A stretch of DNA of 64,000 bases from Nemertoderma westbladi. Taxonomy: Eukaryota > Animalia > Xenacoelomorpha. A model generated the notes under the pieces. The model was not told the origin of the DNA. It worked only from the letters and a program-made list of their open reading frames with translations, and made no database searches. Within the stretch, counting starts at the first letter, position 1. Every line of letters starts with the position of its first letter. This document shows, piece after piece, positions 1 through 12,900 of this stretch. The translations under genes and the position numbers were made by a program. The stretch covers positions 1 to 64,000 of the forward strand of contig JAUCBJ010005050.1 in NCBI GenBank assembly GCA_032718475.1. The letters run 5' to 3'.

Positions 1-119
1 ATGCTGTTACATTCTGACATTCGTCACTAGTAAAGTATTTTTTGTAGCCAATAAGATCGTTTAAAATGATATCAGCTGGCAGGATGACGTTTTTTTATTT
101 ACATAACAGCATTCTGGCA

Positions 120-600
120 TTAATAGTATACCTGTATACCAGTATACTGTTATATCAGTACAGCAGTATTATAATACTGTAATATACAGTAATTATTACT
201 GTATTATGCATTGTGCAATAATTTCAGAATGTGCATTGTCATACAGGTGTCGTGAAAGCCTAGCACTGCTATACTAAAGTAGGACTTTAGTATATATAGT
301 GCAGTAGTGCTGCACTGGTCATAATTTGGTCAGTCTGTCACTCCCTCACTCGCTATACTGCTACAGCTGCTAGGCCTATACACCGCACCGGCAGGTACTT
401 TCAACTACTGCCTGACAGCCTGAGCCTGATTGCAGTATGTATACTGAACTAAGCATCGCGTTTTTACGATCTTTTGTCTTTGTCAGTTTGTGGACTGTTA
501 CTTTTGATACTGTGATACCTTTTAGGCCTATTGTCTTTTGTCATACTGTCATAAGGCAGTAAGGTACCGGTACAGTAGTCTGTAAATTGATAAATCAATA
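120..600 (+). promoter_or_regulatory. Probable promoter/5' UTR region of NBR1, rich in TACTG/CAGTA, TAGGCCTA and ACCGGT motifs
   Basis: Dense palindromic motif cluster just upstream of the ATG at 637; similar clusters precede Rel and Smad4. Possible UTR-intron acceptor ttgcag ends at 623. Confidence 0.4.
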
Positions 601-636
601 ATCAGATAATTCTGTAATTGCAGAGTCAGCAACAAA

Positions 637-1100
637 ATGGATCAACAAAACTACAAGTGTTATGACTTAAACATAATGGTTGATGGATCTGTTCATCATA
701 TGAACTTTCCCTATGATAATTTACTATGGGACGATTTATTTGAGATGCTGCGAGTTCATTTCGAGATCCCGTCTATGAGTGTGTTCACCATACCGTTCAC
801 TAAATCCCAACAATCATCAACAACTCCAACAGATTCGCTATATACCATTCCTATACAGACATCTCGAGATTACAGCCGTGCATTGGATCGAATCAAAGGA
901 AGAGGGGATGTTTTATTTATAAAGCTTGAAAATTATGATTCGAACATGGATACAGATGAGGATGATGGTATTCGAGTTTACTCATCGGGGTCCATGGACA
1001 GAAAGGAATTTATTGGAAGCGAAAAACGTTGCGCTGATGGTGAGGGTGATATACATCTCAGGAAATATCATAGTGAAGAGGGACCGAAGAAAATGCAGAG
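637..1100 (+). CDS. NBR1: NBR1 selective autophagy receptor, coding exon 1 (PB1-like N-terminus)
   Basis: ATG at 637. Donor AG|GTTTGT at 1100/1101 is phase 2 and matches acceptor ttttag|G at 1756/1757, giving join(637..1100,1757..3962), about 889 aa. The PB1 call rests on position and size only. Confidence 0.7.
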
Positions 1101-1748
1101 GTTTGTTGCGGCTCGGGATATTTATATTAAAAGGAACTAGTCAACTAGTTCCAGTCGTGTGGCAACATAGTATGTACTCTAAGTCCAGCAACACTTTCTC
1201 TCAGCGCGAATACCTGCATGTCTGCATGTTATTCTTATATCATCTATTTCTGTATTTTAGTTACGTGTGACTAACTTCTGCTACTCCTGTCGCTTAGAGT
1301 GTAAATATATTGCAAATAAATATATCAGCAAATCTCAATGATAATTGAATTGCGATTGCATGAAATTTGATACAGAGATGGTACAGTGTACTTTCAGACA
1401 CTATATAACACTTCTAGGTGGTATTTTAATATTTATTTATAATAAACATACCGTACATATTTTATTTATAATAATATACGCAATTCAGTTTAAGTGTAAA
1501 ATATTGAATATTTACAACAATGTAAGATTCGCAGTTGAAATATATAGAACGTAATTGATACAGAAACTAAGAACATAATTAAATATAATATACAGCATAA
1601 GCGTTATAATACTCCAGTTAACAAAATGTTCCAGAAAAATATGGTGTTTTTTATTTAATAGAATAGACTCGAACAGATTTCGGCTCACCTTAGATGCGGT
1701 AATTCGAATGGATGAACCGTTTTCCCTTTTCACTCACTCCTATTTTAA

Positions 1749-3962
<2,214 letters not shown>

Positions 3963-4199
3963 ACTATTTGTACCTTTACATCGGATTAACATTCACGTGG
4001 ATTTACTAACATTATTTCGGTTATAGACTATGAATTGAATTATTTACCCCCCAATTCTATCATGTAACACATCAATATGTTAGGTTATTAGTGTATCAAG
4101 AGGTCTATCTTTCTGTCTCCTTGGTTAATATGCGGGGGGTGCATTACATTCTGTAATGCGTACTGATCAAATGCTACTCCTGTTTTTGGAATCAGTCGA

Positions 4200-4570
4200 T
4201 TACGGGAAAAAATTCGAGCAGAATTTTGTTTTGTACTTTTCAAGAAAAATACCTCTATTTTTCAAAATAAATTTCAAATTTTCAAAAAGGCGCTGATTTT
4301 TTTTGTAAAAAGTTATATAACAGATGAACAATTGCAAAATTAACAAAACTGCTCGAATTGTATTTTTGCGAACACTAGTAGCTTTCATTTGATACCAAAA
4401 ACCACCATACTAATATTTTTGCTCTGGCGGTTTCCCTGTTCTCTGTTTCATTTTTTATTTGATGTGTTTAATGAATAAAGATAGTATGTATGTCTGTCTG
4501 TCAGACCGACTCTCAAACGGACAGACGGACATATCTCAAGATGCGAAAAGGATCTCGCTAAGCGGTTCTC
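4200..4570. mobile_element. Degenerate non-autonomous DNA element fragment, HINE/DINE-like
   Basis: GTCT/ACGG microsatellite remnants followed by tcgctaagcgg, resembling the end of the insertion at 29423-30442. Confidence 0.3.
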
Positions 4571-5092
4571 AAATTTTAAATCTTGATAGAAATCTGCTCT
4601 GTGTGAAATAGAAAAAAATTGAGAGCCAGCATCCGCCCGCCCCCTTATTTGTAAACCACATTGTGTGTATTGTAACCATGGTTTCGTGTTTACGTCCGAG
4701 GTAGCACTTTGCTGTTACCGTTTCAATTTTACGTTATGTTTAAAAATTTAATTATTTTTAATTTTGATTTATAAAGAAATTATGTTTTTGTCTTCTTACC
4801 AAAAGTATTCAAATCAGGATGATTTTGACATCCTTTCTGAGTTCTTGCAAGTTTCCACATATTTAATTTGATGAGCTACAAATTTAATTTGCGGTTCTAT
4901 ACATTTGTGGGAAATAAAAATTGGATGATACAGTAATGGTAATATGATGGTAATAATTACAGTAGGCCGGAGTTATGCAAATATTCCCGTGTTACACAAA
5001 GTACCAAAGTTTTTTTTTTATATCGTATTTGAGGTTTTCGAATAAATTCGTATTTTATTTAAAATCACGCCGTACTTTGGGGACTGGTCCCA

Positions 5093-5863
5093 ATGTCCCA
5101 GCCACGTGTCCCACTGCCCCAGCCACGTGCCCCACTGTCCCGGGCACGTGTCCCACTGTCCCAGGCACGTGTCCCAGACACGTGTCACACTATCCCAGCC
5201 ACGTGTCCCACTGTCCCAGCCACTGTCCCAGAAACGTGTCCCACTGTCCCAGACACTTGTCACACTGTCCCAGTCACGTGTCCCACTGTCCCAGACACTT
5301 GTCACACTGTCCCAGTCACGTGTCCCACTGTCCCAGCCACTGTCCCAGATACGTGTCCCACTGTCCCAGCCACGTGTCCAACTGTCCCAGTCACGTGCCC
5401 CACTGTCCCAGCCACGTGTCCCACTGTCCCAGACACGTGTCACACTGTCCCAGCCACGTGTCCCACTGTCCCAGCCACTGTCCCAGATACGTGTCCCACT
5501 GTCCCAGCCACGTGTCCAACTGTCCCAGTCACGTGTCCCACTGTCCCAGACACGTGTCCCACTGTCCCAGATACGTGTCCCACTGTCCCAGCCACGTGTC
5601 CAACTGTCCCAGCCACGTGTCCCACTGTCCCAGACACGTGTCCCACTGTCCCAGCCACGGGTGGCACTGTCCCAGCCACGTGTCCCACTGTCCCAGACAC
5701 GTGTCCCACTGTCCCAGCCACGGGTGGCACTGTCCCAGACAAGTGTCCCACTGTCCCAGTCACGTGTCCTACTGTCCCAGCCACGTGTCCCACTGTCCCA
5801 GACACGTGTTTCACTGTCCCAGTCATGCGTTCCACTATCCCAAGGAAACGTCCCACTGTCCCA
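5093..5863. repeat. 21-bp minisatellite (CACTGTCCCAGCCACGTGTCC) with 12-bp deletion variants
   Basis: About 35-40 tandem units; explains the stop-free ORFs in several frames. Confidence 0.95.
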
Positions 5864-6819
5864 GGTAATTGAAAGAAATTATACGAAATTACCCCACCCT
5901 GACCCTGAAAAAATCAGATAGGGAATTTATGTAATCAAAGTTAATCTATCCCCCACCCCAGGGGCAAATTATATTTGGTTTACTGTTTTGGATAGAATAA
6001 CATGTCACTGTAACCTGCTCCTTTAGTTTAATTAATTGATATTATAACATTCTTAATTAAGCGAGTCTCCTCTCAAATTCCTGGGAAAATATGTTTGCGA
6101 AACTTAATCCCTGATTAGAATTTCTTGCTGAACAATTTTATACAAATTACAGGAAGGGGGCCATCTCAAAATTAATTTAACATTTTAATATACTTTATGT
6201 TGTATTGTCTTTCCCTATGTTGAAATGCCCTTTGTACCAGTAAGTAATCTAATCGTATGTAATATTTATTGCCCGTGCGTTTTATTTTGCTTAATAGGGT
6301 GTGTGGTGCGATAATATCGATGTAAATAAATATTATTATTATTGTGTTATAAATGTAGAATTAGATCGGTTACAAAATGTATTTATCGCATCATTATATT
6401 TATATGGAATTATATATTGATTGAGGTTTGTTTTGATTCAGTTCAAAGGCGTCTAGCACACCGATGTATTAGTTTAAGAGATATTGCATTGTACCTTGCA
6501 AACATACGGTACCCACATTGGATACACCACAAAACAAATTACCTTCACAGCTCGTGATCAGCTGATTAGATCCCCCATTTAATGTGCTTTGTATTTCTCG
6601 AATGCCAATGGCCGACCCTCACGTTTTCTGGCTAATCTGCTGTCATGGAAATAGACCACACTGATGAGTTCTACCAAAGCATTGTGCTTTCGTATTCGGA
6701 GGTCACCACTTACCAGCATATCCTCCAATCCAAGACTCTGGGTAGCAGAAGTCCTCTACGGGACTAACCAGGCCAAACAACCAACATTTATCTAACAATA
6801 TATATCTATAATCGCACAC

Positions 6820-6985
6820 TGCATTGCATATGCTTTAAGGTTGCCATGCTAGCTTATCAACAAAATTGCGCCACCACAACTTCTTATCCCCCATGACTTT
6901 ATCCGCTTCTTCAAGGCCAATGTCCTTTCAGATGCGTCTCAAGAAAGTCATGTCCTGTCCACCATGCTTATTCGCTCCATGAGTC
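6820..6985 (-). mobile_element. Diverged 3'-end fragment of the RTE-type LINE family seen at 47924-48934
   Basis: gatgcgtctcaagaaagtcatg..ccaccatgcttattc is the reverse complement of the HGGQPMTFLRRI region of the 48 kb copy. Confidence 0.75.
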
Positions 6986-8023
6986 CGCGAAAGCACAAAA
7001 AATGCAATACCTGTATAATACAGAGAGAGGGAAATACAGAGAGAGGGAAATTCGACGCCATTAACAGCTGATTACTCACAAAAATAAAACTATAATCTGT
7101 TGTATTGACTTTAGTTTATTGTTTTTGTTAGAATATCGCACCGCTGTAACCTGCTCTTTTCCTTGAATTTATAATTTAACATTGAGGCGGGATATTAATT
7201 CGCCGAGATGGGATTAGCGTCAACTAAGTCAATATAAGAAGTTGATTTTGGGCTCTTTGTGTTCGGAATAATAACGATATTATTCAAATAACTTTTATAA
7301 TTTTGTTATTTTTTCTCATTCAAAAACGCTGTGAAAAATAACAAATTATGTTTCAACATTCGAAATTTTGCACTCTAATAAAGCAATAATTGCTAGTTTC
7401 AAAAATTTTATACTGTAGCTTTTTATTTAGCGGCATCCAAATCGTTGTTTTTCTGCAATTATTTTTGACAGTTGGAACAATTTATTTAACCACATTGGTT
7501 GTTGTTAAAATTAATAAACTAAGTAACCTCACATAGATACTCAGGTTAGCTAAAATATAATTAAATAAATAAAACTAAACGACTAATTATTATCACTAAA
7601 TTTCAGAGTTATGAAGGACCAACTCGGGTTGCCTCTCGATGAGAATGATTACCCTTTTTAAAAAATAATAATAAAATAAAACACCAGATTAATTATTTAG
7701 TATCATTGCCTGGTAAGTTGTATAGGAATAAAGCGCGTCTCAGTGGTAAGGAGGATGGGATTCCAGCGCAAGTAAGGCCGTGGTCGCTTTCTTAAGCCGG
7801 GTAGCCGCAGATGATACAGATGCAGGTTGGAGTTGGCCGCCAGCAGTTCGTGTTGCTGCACAGTTTGTGGTGGCATCCGTTGGATAGGAACTGCGCGGCT
7901 GCTCTCCGTCTCATTCCCGTTAGTAAAGCTAGCGATATTGAGTTCCCGTTGTTCGCAGGGATGCTGTCTACTGCGGTGAGGATGCTGTCTACTGCAGCTT
8001 CCAGTAGAAGGCTCGCACAGCCT

Positions 8024-8722
8024 GGGGCGAGGTTCGGGATCTCCGGTGCGTCCCCGAAGATGTTGCAGCCATTTGGTTATCGCCGGGGGGACGACGAGGT
8101 GGGGCGAGGTTCGGGATCTCCGGTGCGTCCCCGAAGATGGTGCAGCCATTTGGTTATCGCCGGGGGGATGACGAGGTGGGGCGAGGTTCGGGATCTCCGG
8201 TGCGTCCCCGAAGATGTTGCAGCCATTTGGTTATCGCCGGGGGGGATGACGAGGTGGGGCGAGGTTCGGGATCTCCGGTGCGTCCCCGAAGATGTTGCAG
8301 CCATTTGGTTATCGCCGGGGGGGATGACGAGGTGGGGCGAGGTTCGGGATCTCCGGTGCGTCCCCGAAGATGTTGCAGCCATTTGGTTATCGCCGGGGGG
8401 GATGACGAGGTGGGGCGAGGTTCGGGATCTCCGGTGCGTCCCCGAAGATGTTGCAGCCATTTGGTTATCGCCGGGGGGGATGACGAGGTGGGGCGAGGTT
8501 CGGGATCTCCGGTGCGTCCCCGAAGATGTTGCAGCCATTTGGTTATCGCCGGGGGGGATGACGAGGTGGGGCGAGGTTCGGGATCTCCGGTGCGTCCCCG
8601 AAGATGTTGCAGCCATTTGGTTATCGCCGGGGGGGATGACGAGGTGGGGCGAGGTTCGGGATCTCCGGTGCGTCCCCGAAGATGTTGCAGCCATTTGGTT
8701 ATCGCCGGGGGGACGACGAGGT
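8024..8722. repeat. GC-rich 77-78-bp tandem repeat, 9 copies
   Basis: Units start at 8024, 8101, 8178, 8256 and then every 78 bp; nearly identical copies. Confidence 0.95.
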
Positions 8723-8840
8723 TCCATAAGCGCTTTGCAGTTGCCAGCGAAATCAGGTTGAGATTTAATGACGTAATTATTTTTGGAATCGATTAAATGT
8801 TTAGTAAGTCGTGATGATACAATCAAGGCCATCGTAATAC

Positions 8841-8927
8841 AAGGCCTGCTCACTACATTCTAGAATACAATACTAGAATTCTTATATCAGCTGATCGATG
8901 TATTCTAGAATGTAGTGAGCAGGTCTT
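8841..8927. mobile_element. Miniature inverted-repeat element
   Basis: cctgctcactacattctagaataca ... tgtattctagaatgtagtgagcagg; related sequence occurs inverted near 63340-63375. Confidence 0.6.
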
Positions 8928-9368
8928 ATTATTACATATTATTATAAGTCATACTTTTTGGCATTTTCTAATTGGTGAAGGGTAAAATACCAATATTTCA
9001 AGGTTGTGTTACTCGGGCGGGCTGACGAAAATATATTTAATCATATAATAATAATATAAAATTGAAGAAGAAAGGCAGGGCATTACTATGCTTTGTATAG
9101 ATTTTGTTTGTTAGGCTCGCATTTCGCATAATATCCAATTAAATACTACTAAATATTTCATTTTTTTTTGACGTGTTTTATTTAAAAAACAAAGCGTTAA
9201 GCCTAATTAGGATAGATGTAGATAGGAAAACTGATTATACTATGAAATTTTATGATATCGAACTCTTTTTAAAGGTCTATTTACGTTCTGTTTCGCTTGC
9301 GTTTTGGTGTGTTTTCACGGAAATTCGCTTTTTGAACTGAAACTCGTACCTGGTTGCGCGGGATTCCA

Positions 9369-9454
9369 GGGCGAAGTACCGAATAGGACGAAGATTCGAA
9401 AAAGTGCCCATGGTGGCGTCTTTCGAACCTTCGTCTTATTCGGACCTTCGACCC
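9369..9454 (+). ncRNA. Candidate pre-miRNA-like hairpin
   Basis: ccgaataggacgaagattcgaaa (9379-9401) pairs with tttcgaaccttcgtcttattcgg (9421-9443) with one G-U and one mismatch; extra inner and outer pairing. Confidence 0.3.
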
Positions 9455-9955
9455 GCTGCCAGGCATTGTTGTTGCGAGATGGTGGTGGTCTGTAGAGGAA
9501 GAAAGAACGCCGCAGACTTAGTATAATTAATCGTTATGTATCCGCAAAATATCCATACACCATATATCTTATACACCATGACCCGTAATATAGTGTCATT
9601 TTCTGAAGACACGCCCCCCCCCCCCCCCTCCCCCCACCCAAATTCTTCTACAAATCTTTATCATATTGTTTGAAATTTGAAACACAACTAGTTCAACTCA
9701 CCGTGGTTGTTACCATGAAGCCGGAATTTTCGATTTTGACTTTAAATTTTTTTTTATAAGCGTTTTGCTTCTTGCATCTCTAGTGTACGGCCGCCCATAG
9801 TCTACCATGTATTCTATAATTCGAGATGCAAGATGCAAAAATATAACATCGAGGATGTCCTTTTTTGCATCTTACATCTCTAATGTGCGGCTGGCCTAAT
9901 AATGCTGACGTTCATGAACTCGGCAGTACTGGAAATGTTGAAGTTCGCGAACGCG

Positions 9956-12900
9956 AGGTCGGCGGAAGGTAATCAACCAACGGCTAGCCATGCAGACAAG
10001 GTCGGCGGAAGGTAATCAACCAACGGCTAGTAATGTAGACAAGGTCGGCGGAAGGTAATCAACCAACGGCTAGCCATGCTGACAAGGACGGCGGAAGGTA
10101 ATCAACCAACGACTAGCCATGCAGACAAGGTCGCTGGAAGGTAATCAACCTACGGCTAGCCATGCAGATGAGGTCGGCGGAAGGTAATCATCCAACGGCT
10201 AGACATGCAGACAAGGTCGCTGGAAGGTAATCAACCAACGGCTAGCCATGCTGACAAGGTCGGCTGAAGGTAATCAACCAACGGCCAGCCATGCAGACAA
10301 GGTCAGTGGAAGGTAATCAACCAAGGGCTAGCCATGCAGACACGATCGGGGGAAGGTAATCAACCAACGGCTAGCAGACAAGGTCGGCTGAAGGTAATCA
10401 ACCAACGGCTAGACATGCAGACAAGGTCGGGGGAAGGTAATCAACCAACGGCTAGCCATGCAGACAAGGTCGGGAGAAGGTAATCAACCAACGGCTAGCC
10501 ATGCAGACAAGGTCGGCTGAAGGTAATCAACCAACGGCTAGACATACAGATAAGGTCGGCGGAAGGTAATCAACCAACGGCTAGCCATGCAGACAAGGTC
10601 GGTGGAAGGTAATCAACCAACGGCTAGCCATGCAGACAAGGTCGGCTGAAGGTAATCAACCAACGGCTAGCAGACAAGGTCGGCTGAAGGTAATCAACCA
10701 ACGGCTAGCAGACAAGGTCGGCTGAAGGTAATCAACCAACGGCTAGCAGACAAGGTCGGCTGAAGGTAATTAACTAACGGCTAGCAGACAAGGTCGGCTG
10801 AAGGTAATCAACCAACGGCTAGCAGACAAGGTCGGCTGAAGGTAATCAACCAACGGCTAGCCATGCAGACAAGGTCGGCTGAAGGTAATCAACCAACGGC
10901 TAGCAGACAAGGTCGGCTGAAGGTAATCAACCAACGGCTAGCAGACAAGGTCGGCTGAAGGTAATTAACCAACGGCTAGCAGACAAGGTCGGCTGAAGGT
11001 AATCAACCAACGGCTAGCAGACAAGGTCGGCTGAAGGTAATCAACCAACGGCTAGACATGCAGACAAGGTCGGGGGAAGGTAATCAACCAACGGCTAGCC
11101 ATGCAGACAAGGTCGGCTGAAGGTAATCAACCAACGGCTAGCCATGCAGACAAGGTCGGGGGAAGGTAATCAACCAACGGCTAGTAATGTAGACAAGGTC
11201 GGGGGAAGGTAATCAACCAACGGCTAGTAATGTAGACAAGGTCGGTGGAAGGTAATCAACCAACGGCTAGCCATGCCGACAAGGTCGGCTGAAGGTAATC
11301 AACCAACGGCTAGACATGCAGACAAGGTCGGGGGAAGGTAATCAACCAACGGCTAGACATGCAGACAAGGTCGGGGGAAGGTAATCAACCAACGGCTAGC
11401 CATGCAGACAAGGTCGGGGGAAGGTAATCAACCAACGGCTATTAATGTAGACAAGGTCGGTGGAAGGTAATCAACCAACGGCTAGACATGCAGACAAGGT
11501 CGGGGGAAGGTAATCAACCAACGGCTAGCCATGCAGACAAGGTCGGGGGAAGGTAATCAACCAACGGCTAGTAATGAAGACAAGGTCGGTGGAAGGTAAT
11601 CAACCAACGGCTAGACATGCAGACAAGGTCGGGGGAAGGTAATCAACCAACGGCTAGCCATGCAGACAAGGTCGGGGGAAGGTAATCAACCAACGGCTAG
11701 ACATGCAGACAAGGTCGGGGGAAGGTAATCAACCAACGGCTAGACATGCAGACAAGGTCGGGGGAAGGTAATCAACCAACGGCTAGACATGCAGACAAGG
11801 TCGGGGGAAGGTAATCAACCAACGGCTAGTAATGTAGACAAGGTCGGTGGAAGGTAATCAACCAACGGCTAGACATGCAGACAAGGTCGGGGGAAGGTAA
11901 TCAACCAACGGCTAGACATGCAGACAAGGTCGGGGGAAGGTAATCAACCAACGGCTAGTAATGTAGACAAGGTCGGTGGAAGGTAATCAACCAACGGCTA
12001 GACATGCAGACAAGGTCGGGGGAAGGTAATCAACAAACGGCTAGTAATGTAGACAAGGTCGGTGGAAGGTAATCAACCAACGGCTAGACATGCAGACAAG
12101 GTCGGTGGAAGGTAATCAACCAACGGCTAGACATGCAGACAAGGTCGGGGGAAGGTAATCAACCAACGGCTAGACATGCAGACAAGGTCGGGGGAAGGTA
12201 ATCAACCAACGGCTAGTAATGTAGACAAGGTCGGTGGAAGGTAATCAACCAACGGCTAGACATGCAGACAAGGTCGGGGGAAGGTAATCAACCAACGGCT
12301 AGCCATGCAGACAAGGTCGGGGGAAGGTAATCAACCAACGGCTAGTAATGTAGACAAGGTCGGTGGAAGGTAATCAACCAACGGCTAGCCATGCAGACAA
12401 GGTCGGCTGAAGGTAATCAACCAACAGCTAGACATGCAGACAAGGTCGGGGGAAGGTAATCAACCTACGGCTAGTAATGTAGACAAGGTCGGTGGAAGGT
12501 AATCAACCAACGGCTAGACATGCATACAAGGTCGGAGGAAGGTAATCAACCAACGGCTAGATATGCAGACAAGGTCGGGGGAAGGTAATCAACCAACGGC
12601 TAGCCATGCAGACAAGGTCGGCTGAAGGTAATCAACCAACAGCTAGCCATGCAGACAAGGTCGCTGGAAGGTAATCAACCAACGGCTAGCCATGCAGACA
12701 AGGTCGGGGGAAGGTAATCAACCAACGGCTAGCCATGCAGACAAGATCGGGGGAAGGTAATCAACCAACGGCTAGCCATGCAGACAAGGTCGGCTGAAGG
12801 TAATCAACCAACGGCTAGCCATGCAGACAAGGTCGCTGGAAGGTAATCAACCAACGGCTAGCCATGCAGACAAGGTCGGGGGAAGGTAATCAACCAACGG

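Noticed and set aside
4975-5921. Cys/His/Pro-rich ORFs in several frames
   Set aside because: Products of the 21-bp minisatellite.
7607-7661. Possible orphan terminal exon (tttcag|..VMKDQLGLPLDENDYPF*) followed by AATAAA
   Set aside because: Too short, and no upstream exons could be linked to it.
7703-8853. Long ORFs of 148-316 aa on both strands
   Set aside because: Open mainly because the 78-bp unit is a multiple of three; no recognisable domain.
9350-9490. Minus-strand exon with plausible acceptor and donor
   Set aside because: No frame gives a recognisable protein and no partner exons were found; the hairpin explains the GC island better.
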